From positions 19,158,001 through 19,222,000 of the forward strand of contig OX597823.1 of assembly GCA_951406725.2 (NCBI GenBank): 64,000 nt of DNA. The letters are read 5' to 3'. The notes below the pieces were generated by a model that saw nothing but the letters and a program-made list of their open reading frames with translations, ran no database searches and had not been told where the DNA came from. This document shows, piece by piece, positions 12,724 through 25,378 of the stretch; positions within the stretch are counted from its first letter, which is position 1, and the number at the start of each line of letters is the position of its first letter. The DNA is from Octopus vulgaris (taxonomy: Eukaryota). The translations under genes and the position numbers were made by a program.

Positions 12724-13435
12724 TGTGAAATACACAGAACTTACAGAACTTACAACATGAGCAATATCAGCAACAATAATGACACTAGGGAGACAGATTT
12801 ATGTAATGGGAGACAGTCAATTAAATCTACCCCAGTATTTGATGATGGAAGGATCAAACATAGTCAGCCTCTATGAAATTTGTGCATATAATGTAAAAGA
12901 GATGGAAATAATTATTGCAAAGCATTTTTGTTAGCTCTGCCGAAACTATCATCCACTACCACCATTTTGTCTGAAAAACGTGACCGATTCTATCACTCGC
13001 TACTTTATTGGAATAATAGTAATAATGATTTAATATAGGAAGCAGGTCACAAATTTGAGAAACATAATTGATTTGCTCAACTTTCATACCACCTGATTAA
13101 TATTTATTTTATTGGCTGTGGAGGTATAAAAGACAAAAGTTGACTTTGATGTGATTTGAACTCAAAGTGTTGAGAGCTATATTAAATATAGCAATATACC
13201 TTGTCTGTGATGTCATTATTTCTACCTTTCTATTGCTTCAGCAGTAATAATATTATGGGGCTTTCATTTTAGTTATTCTGTTAAGAGAAGAGAAGAGAAT
13301 GGAGATGGTATCTTTTATTACTTTCATGTTCTCTTATCTTTTACTTTCAAATGTGGTACATATTCTAGAATTTTTGTTTTATTGTATTGCTAAGCTATGA
13401 GGACAAACCAACACCAGTTGCCAAGTAGTAGTTGG

Positions 13436-13590
13436 TCTCTCTCTCTCTGTCTCTCTGTCTCTCTCTCTCTCTGACTCTCTCTCTCTGTGTCTGTCTCTCT
13501 CTTTCTGTCTGTCTCTCTCTTTCTGTCTGTCTCTCTCTTTCTCTATCTCTCTCTGTGTCTGTCTCTCTCTGTCTCACTCTCTCTCTCACA
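13436..13590. repeat. (CT)n/(CTGT)n microsatellite
   Basis: Seen directly. Long (TA)n tracts also at about 27425-27530, 38905-38950, 57230-57268, 60802-60865 and 62005-62047. Confidence 0.93.
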
Positions 13591-13981
13591 CATACACATG
13601 TGTGCATGAGCCTTCTATTCAGTTTCTGTCTGTCAGATTCACACATTGGTCAGCCTGGGGTTATAATAGAAGACACTTGCTCAAGGTGTTGTGTGGTGGG
13701 ATCAAACCTGGAACCATGTGGTTGAAAAGCAAGCTTCTTAATAACATGGCTGTGCCTAGAGAAAAATTAAAAACAAAATTGTAGGGAATTAGTCAAAGAA
13801 GGAAGGGCAACAGCTATGTTATTTTTAGGTGACCGATGGAGGGGAAAAAGATGTTATCCTCAGACCAGAGACCTGGTCCAAACATTTGCAACAGAATGGC
13901 CTCTGCTAAGGACTTCAGTGGCCAGGTTGAGTTGCACTGGGCAATGGATTATATCTGTCACCCGAGACAAGACTTCACGCT

Positions 13982-14199
13982 CTCTTTTATCTCTCTTTTA
14001 CTTGTTTCAGTCATTTGACTGCAGTCATGCTGGAGCACGGCCTTTAGACGAGCAAATCAACCCTGGGACTTATTCTTTGTAAGCCCAGTACTTATTCTAT
14101 CGGTCTCTTTTGCCGAACCACTAAGTTACGGGGACGTAAACACACCAGCATCGGTTGTCAAGCGATGTTGGGGGGACAAACACAGACAGACAAACATAT

Positions 14200-14232
<33 letters not shown>

Positions 14233-14397
14233 GACATATATACGACGAGCTTCTTTCAGTTTCCATCTACCAAATCCACTCACAAGGCTTTGGTTGGCCT
14301 GAGGCTATAGTAGAATACACTTGCCCAAGATGCCACGCAGTGGGACTGAACCCGGAACCATGTGGTTGGTAAGCTACTTACCACACAGCCACTCTTG
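13982..14397 (-). mobile_element. SINE family A, full length
   Basis: Reverse complement of family A. A decayed copy with an expanded (CT)n tract is at about 13395-13760. Confidence 0.85.
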
Positions 14398-16365
14398 CAT
14401 GTCTTCCAAATTCTACAAGACTTCTATGCAGTGTAATTGAACGTGGAACTACTATGGTTGTAGATTGAACTTCTTAACCACACATCCATGTTCACTTTGC
14501 TGACTTTTGTGTATTAGCATTGGGAGGCATGGGGGGAATGGAGTAAGTCCCAGTGTGGGATGGATGGGTACAGACTTAATACCGAAGAGGAAGATCGAGG
14601 AGAAATATTTATCACAACTGGGGATAGAGGTAGGACCTATTGCTCAGGTTGACATGAGGTAAAGAAATATTTCAAATTTAATCTGGTGTCACTTTTTTTC
14701 TTTTAAATTTATAAATGTCCTCAGTTTTCACTCATCTTGCACTATTTTTCTGTTTTATTGATCTATAATGATCATATTAAAAAAATCAATATTTTCCTCG
14801 TGGAATTAAAATCCAGTCTATAATTAAAACTGTTGCACATTTTTTCTAAAATATTATTTCACTTTTCTAAAGTTAGCTCTGTCTCCTAGTGGAACAGACA
14901 GTATATTATATAATTCCAAGACAAGATTATGTTAAAAGGGTGGTTACCCTGACACCACTCTTATCTTATCTATCTCTGACGAAAAAAAAAAAGATAATAA
15001 TAATTATTATAATAATAAAAATAGTAAAAATTCTAGCATATTGCTGCTCCTACTTAATACATCCTGGTTAAATGTGGGTGTGTATGTATACACATACACA
15101 CCCACAGTGTCCCCTTCCTCTTACCCAGTTTTATTACTTCACGTGAAGTCAACTAATCCTTCTTTCCATCAATTAAGAGCTTTATCTCGACCGAACACCA
15201 TTGCTAATGTCTTTGGTGCAGATTATCTTCAGATTTAATCCTGTCTTCCTTTTTCTCTCCTTCTCTTGATTCTTCATCTTTGTCAGATGTTCACAAACTT
15301 CTTTTCCTTAAGCTTCTAATTTTCCTGTCCAATTCATGCTGGCATGGTTAAAAAAGCATATAAATACATCGACAGTGGTGGTCACAGCAGTGTTAGTTGT
15401 GGCCATAGTAGTCACAGTGGTAATGCAGTTGATCATGGTAGCAGTTATGGTGGTGGTAGTAGTAGTAGAATATTATTCATCATTATTGTCAACTCTTGGA
15501 CATTCCTGCCTTGAGTCCTGAGATTTCTAGGACCAGTTCCTCAGTTTCCATGGCACATAAGTGACAGTCCACAACATTTTCCCTGAATTGGATGCTAGTC
15601 TACTGCAGGGTTACACCATTTCCAGCTGAGTGGACTGGTGCAGCATGAAATGAAGGATTTTGCTCAAGAACGGAATTTACTGCCCTGTCTAGGAATTGAA
15701 CCTACAATAGTCATGGTAGGAGAGTAATTAGTGATCATAGTGGTAGTAATGTTGATTAGTCCCAGAGTCACTCCTGATCAAACAAGACCCATGATAAAAG
15801 ACATTCCACTTCACCTGGTCATCTTGTCTTTTTGTTTATCTAAGACTACATTTATTGTTTAGTGTTCTCTTTTTAAGAATGTAGGGTGTCATTTAAGAGA
15901 AATCTGGTTGTAATTTCTTGCAGGCTGATTACGTAAAGGCTCCTGGTACTCATAATAATGAATTTGGTGAGATCCAGCCTCTCACACCTACCTTACAATA
16001 TCATTCTAAAAATAACAATTACATCATTGAAATCTCAAAGCTACAAGACAATATATGATTAATTCAAAATAATGGGAATAGATAAGCATTACATTTGACA
16101 ATAATCTGAATGGTGAAAAAGGTGAAAGCATTCTATATTTTGAGTTCAAATTCCTCCATGGTTTACTTGTCTTTCATGCTTCTTGGATCAATAAAATATA
16201 TACCTGCCAGAAACTGAGTTTTTATGTCATTTCTGCCTTTTAAATTTGTATACTTTTATTTACAGTTAGAAATTAATAAATTAATAGTGTTGAGAAGGAC
16301 ACAAGATATAACTTTAATATAAACAATATCACAAATAATTCAATATTGCACATATCCTATCATTG

Positions 16366-16860
16366 TGTGATATTGTGTATCATCACATCACTGTGATATT
16401 GTGTATCATCACATCACTGTGATATTGTGTATTATCACATCACTGTGATATTGTGTATTATCACATCACTGCGATATTGTGTATTATCACATCACTGCGA
16501 TATTGTGTATCATCACATCACTGTGATATTGTGTATTATCACATCACTGTGATATTGTGTATTATCACATCACTGCGATATTGTGTATTATCACATCACT
16601 GTGATATTGTGTATTATCACATCACTGCGATATTGTGTATTATCACATCACTGCAATATTGTGTATTATCACATCACTGATATTGTGTATTATCACATCA
16701 CTATGATATTGTGTATTATCACATCACTGTGATATTGTGTATTATCACATCGCTGTGATATTGTGTATTATCACATCGCTGTGATATTGTGTATTATCAC
16801 ATCGCTGTGATATTGTGTATTATCATATCACTGTGATATTGTCTATTATCCTATCTCTGT
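16366..16860. repeat. 26-bp minisatellite, ~19 units, quasi-palindromic unit
   Basis: Unit gatattgtgtattatcacatcactgt. Confidence 0.95.
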
Positions 16861-17922
16861 GTGGTATTGTATATCCATCATCGTGTGTGATATTGCTTGT
16901 CGTCATATCAGCTCTTCTAATTCCTTCACATTACATGATCATTCCTGTAGTCTCTCCTGTGCAAATTATCAGCTGAGAGACATTCAATATGCAGCCAGTT
17001 AATCACAGTTTTAAATTAGAAATGCTTATTTTATTTTTGTGCTTTTTTTTTGTACTTTATTTTTATTCTAGTTATTTCTGTTGGATAAGAATTGATTGCT
17101 GGCAGTGTGAATCTTGATTGATTTTGATGCAGCTTGTAAATGTGTTCCTATTCCATTTGTCCCTCGCTCCATGGTTTAACAAACAACCTCATCAACTGAA
17201 GTGTTATTCTGAGTTAACAAGCAATGCTCTTATAATCCTGGCATTAAGTGGAGGGATTTTTTTTTCCTTGAGTATCATTCCGTTTCTCAGCCTAAAGAAA
17301 ACTTATTCATCTTGGCAAAGATTTTAGTAATAAGATATTTTTCTAGTCTATATTGATCTTAGATGTTTACAGTATAACATGTTTGCTTACCGAATTTCTA
17401 GAACACCTACCACTTCTAACAGCTACCAAAGTTAGTTGAGTCATTGAGGAAGTCTTTGTCACTCTCATCTGCTAGAAATAGCAACTGAATAGCTCTAATA
17501 TCATACCTTACCATCTTAAAAAATAGGACCCATTGCATAATGAGGTCTTAGATTTATTCATTAAAAAGAAAAATTCTGAAATGGAATGTTTGATTATAGA
17601 CTTCCTTGAGTGAGAGCTGACCTGGAATTAGACAACTGCCACTAAAGTTAGTAAATTCTACCATTTGTATAGAGATGGATGTAAACAATGACTTGCCTAT
17701 TGTTTTGGGTGGTGTAGTTTATTTACAGTTCACTGAAGAAGCATGTCCAAGCTTCCTGACATTGCATAATCCTTGTAAACAAAAGGCTTGTTCATCTGGA
17801 GGTGTTTGTTAGATTGAGAGATTATTGCCTCGCTGTATGAGTGATTGTGTGATAAGCAGCTTGCTTTCCAACCATATGGTTCCGGGTTCATTCCCACTGC
17901 ATGGTATCTTGGGCAAGTGTCT

Positions 17923-18718
17923 TCTACTATAACTTACCAAACAATCTTAATCGCCATATTTAATCAACATTAAACTTTGGCAAGCTTACCTTTATCTATT
18001 CTGACTTACTTGAAAGGTGATGTTCCATTCCCTCTCTTATATTTGTTTCACTTTAAGGATGCTTATTTACCCATCCATTGTATTTCGACTGTTGTCAATT
18101 GTTTCAAATATGTTTTAGCATTTGTCGTTCTAGCCCCTTTTTAAACAATCGCATATGATTCGTCCCAAAGAATCAACCTTTAAAGAAGAGTTTTGCTTCC
18201 ACTAGCGAAATCTATACGTATCTTTCAGAAAGCTCCATACCAATTTAACTTTATGTAGCATTTGCTATTACTTCATGAGCAAGCTATGTGGGAAGACAGA
18301 ATAAAGGGGCTTTTGTAAGCTTATATCTCTGAAAAAATAGCTCTCTTTGCTGTTGAAAAAAAATAAACTCACAGAGAAGTTTCAACATCTTCAGTTTCCT
18401 TACACCATTTATGTGGCTGTTTCTGACAAGAAATTCTGTTTTCATGTAAAACAACTACATTTTGTAGTCATTATCCGTAATCTACTCCCAAAACACTTCA
18501 GTAGCTCTACTTTACATTGCTTGCATTATATGTTCTATGATTATTAAAGTGCAACGACCTCCACATTAACTAATTTTCAGTTTGATTTTCCGTTCCTAGG
18601 TTTATTGGAAACCTAGATTGCTGTGCTAATCATAAACCTTCTTGGGAGTTCAATTATTTGAAAAAAAAAATACCACCAAAGCAACTTAGGGCGTCCAAAG
18701 GACAGCTGTGTTTGCTAG
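17923..18718 (+). mobile_element. Possible second Helitron-like element truncating a SINE A head
   Basis: Ends gggcgtccaaaggacagctgtgtttgCTAG|T with a small gtcc-aaa-ggac hairpin. The possible 5' TCTACTATA start overlaps SINE sequence, so the left boundary is uncertain. Confidence 0.35.
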
Positions 18719-18952
18719 TATAATAAGTCCTTTCTATTATAGGCAGGAGGCTTGAAATTTTGGGTTAGAGGTTAGTTGGTTACATTGATCCCAGTTCTCA
18801 GCTGGTTACTTATTTCATGAACCTTGAAAGGATGAAAAGCAAAGTAAATAGATCTTGGCAGGGTTTGAACTCAGAATGAAAATCCAGATGAAAAGCCATT
18901 AACCATTTTCCTGAACTCAGAAACAATTCTGCTAGCTTACTGCCCTCACTAG

Positions 18953-19295
18953 ATGATAATGATAATAGTAATAATAATAATAGTAATAATAATAATAGTA
19001 GTAGTTATAATAATAATAATAATAGTAGTAGTAATAATAATAATAATAATAGTAGTAGTAGTAGTAATAATAATAGTAGTAATAATAATAGTAGTAGTAG
19101 TAATAATAATAGTAGTAGTAGTAATAATAGTAGTAGTAGTAGTAATAATAGTAGTAGTAGTAATAATAGTAGTAGTAATAGTAGTAGTAGTAATAGTAGT
19201 AGTAGTAGTAGTAATAGTAGTAGTAGTAATAGTAGTAGTAGTAGTAGTAATAGTAATAATAATAGTAATAATAATAATAATGGTGGTAATAATAA
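18953..19295. repeat. (TAA)n/(TAG)n compound microsatellite
   Basis: Seen directly in the sequence. Confidence 0.95.
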
Positions 19296-19827
19296 TTCTG
19301 TGTATTGCAACTTCAAATTGTAAAGTTCACATGTACTCTTAGCTGAATTAACCACCAATTCATTGGAGGGATACAAAGTCAGTCTTGGAAGGGTTTGAGC
19401 CGAGAGGATGTGTGTAGAAGACAAAATTTTGTCGAGCATGTAGTTTGGCTCTTTACCATTTTCTTTCAGTTCCTCTAACCTCAATTAATATATAATTAAT
19501 AATAATTACTGATTAAGTATCCATTGTTTTTCCCTGCTGGCTTTTATGTAGTAGACATCTATATTTCAATAGTTTTCCATACATCTTGATCTTGTCATTT
19601 TGCCAGACGATATCACTAATTACCTGAGCCAGCATAGAAGCCTCTATGTGGTCATTTAAACATGCTAGAAATAGTTGCTAAATCTCATGATCATGTAGGA
19701 CGGACAAAATTGTGTAATATAGTTATCAATGCACTGTTGTCTGAAAATTAGATGGGATGATTTTGGTTGAAATGCTTTGGAGAGGTCTACCTGATATCCC
19801 CTCTCGCCCCAATCTCTGTTTACACAT

Positions 19828-20200
19828 AGGTGCAGGAGTGGCTGTGTGGTATGTAGCTTGCTTACCAACCACATGGTTCTGGGTTCAGTCCCACTTCATG
19901 GCACCTTGGGCCAACCAAAGCCTTGGGAGTATATTTGGTAGACGGAAACTGAAAGAAGCCTGAAATATATATAGATATATATATATGTGTGTGTGTGTGT
20001 CCTCCCCCAACATCGCTTGACAACCGATGCTGGTGTGTTTACGTCCCTGTAACTTAATGGTTCGGCAAAAGAGACCGATAGAATAAGTACAAGGCTCACA
20101 AAGAATAAGTCCTGGGGTCGATTTGCTCGACTAAAGGCGGTGCTCCAGCATGGCTGCAGTCAAAAATGACTGTAACAAGTAAAAGGGTAGAAGGTTAAAA
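19828..20200 (+). mobile_element. SINE family A with internal deletion
   Basis: Family A head and tail motifs present. Confidence 0.82.
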
Positions 20201-20412
20201 AGGATATCCTTTAATGACTGATGACTCTTAGTTTTCAAGAAAAAATAAATTTGTTAGTTGCAATAGACTAACACCTTGACTGGTGGGATGTGTTCATCAT
20301 TTGTTTAATGTCAGGAAAACCAGGACCAAACACCTTTTGTTTGAGCTTCACAAGAGTTTATGGAAGGGTAATATTGTATTTCCATGTAATCAGCTATTAT
20401 TGGAGGGAGACC

Positions 20413-20678
20413 TACTGTATTTGATGGCATAAAAGATGCATGGGTGTATTAGAAACACCCCATTTTCAGCAGCAAATATTCAAGGAAAAGTTTTTAGTGC
20501 ATTAAAATGTAATCTAGGCATAGGAGTGGCTGTGTGGTAAGTAGCTTGTTTACCAACCACATGGTTCCGGGTTCAGTCCCACTGCGTGGCACCTTGGTCA
20601 AGTGTCTTCTACTATAGCCTCGGGCTGACCAATGCCTTGTGAGTGGATTTGGTTGATGGAAACTGAAAGAAGTCCGTC

Positions 20679-20721
<43 letters not shown>

Positions 20722-21023
20722 TGTGTATGTTTGTGTGTCTGTGTTTGTACCCCCAACATCATTGACAACCGATGCTGGTGTGTTTACGTCCCCGTCACTT
20801 AGCGGTTCGGCAAAAGAGACCGATAGAATAAGTACTAGGCTTACAAAGAATAAGTCCTGGGGTCGATTTGCTTGACTAAAGGCAGTGCTCCGGCATGGCC
20901 ACAGTCAAAATGACTGAAACAAGTAAAGAGAGTAGGACCCTGAGTGATTTTTTTTTTCTTTTCTCTTTTTTATAAGGGACAAAAAAAAAAACAAAACTAT
21001 CTTATATGCCTTTAAATATGATA
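20413..21023. mobile_element. Old TA-flanked pogo/Tc1-type MITE split by SINE A
   Basis: Decayed TIRs tactgtatttgatggcataaaagat / atcttatatgcctttaaatatgata. Confidence 0.45.
20517..20935 (+). mobile_element. SINE family A, full length
   Basis: Family A head, (TA)n and tail. Confidence 0.85.
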
Positions 21024-21609
21024 TATTTTTCCTTTTGCAAAATATCAACCTAATGTCTTTAAAAAAAAAAAATGTGTATGTGGGGGGGGGGGGGCTCTAA
21101 TCGCTCATACTCTGTCTTCAAAAATGGAATCTGATAAAAAAAAAAAAAAAAAAAAAAAAGACTGGTCATAGCTGGAATGTTTTTGATCATAGGTGTACCT
21201 AATCAAGGGTCAAATAGCAACACTGATTAATATGTAAAGAAAAAAAAAAATCTGTTTTGAAATTTTATCATTTCTATTACAACCACCACTATCATTACTC
21301 TGCTACTACTACTACCACCACCACTATACCACCCTGTCATACTGTTATCCTACTACTAACATCAAAATTTAGTGAATACAATGAAACCATTTTCAATTTA
21401 GATGGGATTGTTGGGTGTGAGTGTGTATGTGATATTTGAGTACCCCTTTGATACTTATGTAACAATCAGCCAGGGATCCAATAGCAAGCACAGTCGTTAC
21501 TTGTATTGTTCTGGGGATGATTAATGTTGTCAGCCAGTCAGATTTTATTTCAAACCTATATATTTTTTTTTGTCAACATACACTTTTACTCTCACTTTGA
21601 AAATTAAAC

Positions 21610-21888
21610 AGCCAGTGCCACCTCGACTGGCTTCCGTGCCGGTGGCACGTAAAATGCACCAATCCGACCGTGGCCGATGCCAGCCTCGCCTGGCACCAGT
21701 GCAGGTGGCACGTAAAAAGCACCCACTACACTCACGGAGTGGTTGGCATTAGGAAGGGCATCCAGCTGTAGAAACATTGCCAGATAAGACCGGAGCCTGG
21801 TGCAGCCTTCTGGCTTCCCAGATCCCTGGTCGAACCGTCCAACCCATGCTAGCATGGAGAACGGACGTTAAACGATGATGATGATGAT
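21610..21888 (+). mobile_element. RTE 3' UTR/tail copy
   Basis: Same 3' UTR motifs and (GAT)n tail. Further copies at about 22225-22385 (+), 23850-24160 (+) and 25843-25940 (+). Confidence 0.82.
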
Positions 21889-21936
21889 TATACTAGATTT
21901 TTATCTCCTTATAGACCGAAAAAAAACTGGGATCAA

Positions 21937-21975
21937 TCTGACTAGTTTCTTAACTCTTTAAAAGTTCATCAGAGA
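21937..21975 (-). ncRNA. Minimal hammerhead-ribozyme-like motif
   Basis: UCU-CUGAUGA-ACUUUUAAAGAGUUAA-GAAA-CUAG-UC-AGA; stem II is out of register. Confidence 0.42.
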
Positions 21976-22389
21976 AAGTCTACCCATCTGTAGCGCTTGT
22001 AGCATTGCTGTACATAAACCAGGACTCAGGTAAATTGTTCTAATTTGCATAACATGACATGAGCTGACTGGGGGTATTTCTGGAGCACCGCCTTTAATCG
22101 AGCAAATCGACCCCAGGACTTATTCTTTGTAAGCCTAGTATTTATTCTATTGGTCCCTTTTGCCGAACCACTAAGTTACAGGGATGTAAACACACCAACC
22201 AGCATCAGTTGTCAAGCGATGTTATCAAATCAAAAATTGAAATCAATCAACATCAATGGAAATTGCAGCTGTGATACCAGTGCCAGTGGCTCGTAAGAGA
22301 ACCATCCGAACGTGGCTGTTGCCAGCGCCGCCCCGACTGGCCTCCGTGTCGGTGGCACGTAAAAAGCACCATCCAATCGTGACTGGAAA

Positions 22390-22673
22390 AAAATTAGATT
22401 TATCCAACTCTTTCCAAATCCTCTGCACTGTCCTCAGATTGACACCCAAACACTCTGAAATGTTCGTATTTGAGCTTCCGATGCAAATGCCAAGCAATAC
22501 AGCATGTCATTTCCAAATTTCTGGCAGAGTGAATTGCGTCATGGTGCTGTTTTTCTCACAGACAGTGCCCGACTGACCCTACTATACTGTGTGGTCGACA
22601 AAATCAAAATCAAACCGTGCACATGCGCAAAATTAAAAATACAAAGTGGCAACAGTTTACCCATTGTACCCTG
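22390..22673 (-). mobile_element. Tc1/mariner-superfamily 5' fragment: terminus plus transposase N-terminal HTH
   Basis: Minus strand begins cagggtac. ATG at 22542 gives MTQFTLPEIWK*HAVLLGICIGSSNTNISECLGVNLRTVQRIWKELD, a G.S...I...LGV..RTVQRI-type HTH with one stop. Confidence 0.65.
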
Positions 22674-25133
22674 TGTGTGTGTGTATATATTTAAACAACA
22701 AATCTGATTTTACACCGCTGTCAACTCTGATTTTCACACGGCCCCATTTTGGCACAATTTTTCTTTTAAATGTCCATATTTCCATAGACACTTTTTTTTT
22801 ATTTCGCAGTTACCTTACCCTTTCTCACATTTTTATTTCTGCTGTTGTATATCTAAATGCATTGTCATTTTAAATGTATATTTTATACAGTGCGTTTTAC
22901 GTCTTAGAACAAAGCCTGTCTTGACAAAAATGTAATACCTATAGAAACCTGCATGCTATAAAATCCTTAGTCATATATATATATATGTGTGTGTGTGTTA
23001 TAATGAACAGTCTTATTGTTTGTTGTTCTTTTGTCTGTGTTCCAATTATATTCTCTCAACTGAAGTATGTTTAATAAACATTATTGTTTACTTACACCAA
23101 TTTCTCTCTTTCTCACACATGCTTTCCTTTTCTCTCCCTTCCTCCACATCCTCTTCTTCCCTCCATACCTTCTCTCCAATCTACTCCATATTTCATTATT
23201 TATGAGGAAGATTTGAAAGAGGCTTCTTTCATGATTTTATTACCACCTTCTGTCCATTTCACTCTCACATGCACACACATTCTGTAAATATTAATTGCTG
23301 TTGTTGGTGTCTCCATGGTGTCTTTCTATTTAGTTTTTCATTATCAGAGCTACTTTTTCCTGTTCATTTCTATGTTTTAACCAATGAAAATAAAGCTGAT
23401 TTAGTACTGACTTACCCCTATTTTCTGCAAGTAAAAATCTAGAATCTGAAGAAACTGATGTGGCTCTCTGTTGGTCAAAATATATCAGACTGGGTTTGTG
23501 TGATTTATAGTTCCATTGCCATGAGGAGTAGAAAGACTATGTAGAACCCTTGTTCTTTAACAGAATACAGCAAGAGGCCAAAATATCAAACATTCTACAT
23601 CTTAGTTAATTCCATGTTCCACAAATTCTCCATATTGTAAATTCTTTTCCTTGCATCATTGAGTATACTGTAGGTCTCTGGCAACAAATTCAGTATACTA
23701 TACCAATATTTACATTTACTATTTATCAGCCCTTGCAAAAAGAAATATGCAGAGACAACTTCTGTGGGATTTGAACTCAGATCATAAAAGAGTGCAATTC
23801 AAGTGTTACAAAGCATTCTGCTATATTTTAATTAGATTTGTCGCTTTACTAGCACTTGTGCCGGTGGCACGTGAAAAAACATTCGAGCGAGGTCATTGCC
23901 AGTGCCACTGGACTGGCCCCTGTGCAGGTGGCACGTAAGAAGCACCATTTGAGCGTGGCTGTTGCCAGTACTGCCTGACTGGCCCTCACGTAAAAGCACC
24001 CACTAAACTCTTGGAGTGGTTGGTGCTAGGAAGAGCATCCAGCTGTAGAAACTCTGCGAAATCAAGATTGAAGCCTGGTGCAGCCATCTGGTTTGCCAGT
24101 TCTCAGTCAAATCATCCAACCCATGCTAGCATGGAAAGTGGATGTTAAATGATGATGATGTATTCCTTTCCTCAGCCATCAGCTATTCCCCACCTCTTCC
24201 TGTGCCCAGAAGTTAGCTTCCCATGCCTTCTGTGTTGTGTTGCATGGATACAACCAGTTAAGCTTTTGTTTCCAGCTCATTTCTTGATGTTGCTTGTCCA
24301 TAAATGTATTTGACACCCCATTGCTTCCTTCTGCTTCGCACTTCCTGTCATAGCCCATTCTATGTCCAAAATATGATCACTTTGTGGACCTGATTCTCAA
24401 CATGTCTTTGGATTTTAAGTTTTTCTAGTACTGTGGCATTTCTTACTCTGTCTTGTCAGCTTACTCTGCCCAGTCTGTAAAAAAAAATCTACATCTGAAA
24501 CACATTTATCTTCTCCATTGCCTTATGTTCTATCAAATGTTGAGCACATCTTCAATTGGTCCTGTGCCTGGTGGTGATGATATTCATGATGTTATTTGTT
24601 ATTCCTAGCTTCGGCACCATGCCAGAAATTTGATGGGAAGGGTTTAGTTGATCATATCAACCCCAGTACTTGTACTTCCTTTTGTTCACCTCAGTAGGAT
24701 TTGAACTCGGAACATAAAAAGCCACAACAAATACTGCATGGCATTTTTGTTGACATTCTAATGATTATATAATAAAAATAATAATAATAATAATAATCCT
24801 TTCTATAGGTACAACGTCTGAAATTTTGGGGGAGGGGATTAGTCGATTACATCGACCCCCAGTGTTTCACTGGTACTGAAAGGATGAAAGGTAAAGTCAA
24901 CCTTGGTGGATATTGAACTCTGAATGTAGTGGCAGATGAAATACTGCTAAGTATTTCACCCAACATCATCAATAATAATAATAATAATGCCTTATATTTA
25001 TATCATATTTCAACACAAAAAAGATTACAAGATGGTTGTACTTTAATCCCAAGTTAGCTCTGGTCAAGCAGACTTAGAATGAAAGGCATTCCAGCTGTGG
25101 CTATCTTATTTCTTTGCATATCACAGAAATTGT

Positions 25134-25378
25134 TTAACCCTTTCGTTACCAAACCGCCCAAAGCCACCCGAAAAAAATTTTGGTTAATGTGACCAAACCG
25201 CCCAAAGCCGCCCGAATTTACCTATTCATATTTAAATGAGAATATCAGAGCAAATCTCTTTAGTACATTCGTGAAAACACGTATAATGAAACCAGACTAA
25301 ATTTATGATTACGTTAGAAATTAATTGAAACACATAAGGGGTGTATTTTGATCAGAAATATAGTAACGAAAGGATTAA
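25134..25378. mobile_element. piggyBac-type MITE with P2-like ends and distinct interior
   Basis: ttaa-ccctttcgttac ... gtaacgaaagga-ttaa; internal duplication of accaaaccgcccaaagcc.cccgaa. Related elements at 43018-43232 and 58004-58631. Confidence 0.8.

Noticed and set aside
16366-16860. CRISPR-like periodic palindromic repeats (also 1565, 5833, 47531)
   Set aside because: Units are contiguous with no unique spacers, there are no cas genes, and the context is a eukaryotic intron.
18953-19484. Poly-I/V and poly-L ORFs resembling membrane proteins
   Set aside because: Trinucleotide microsatellite.
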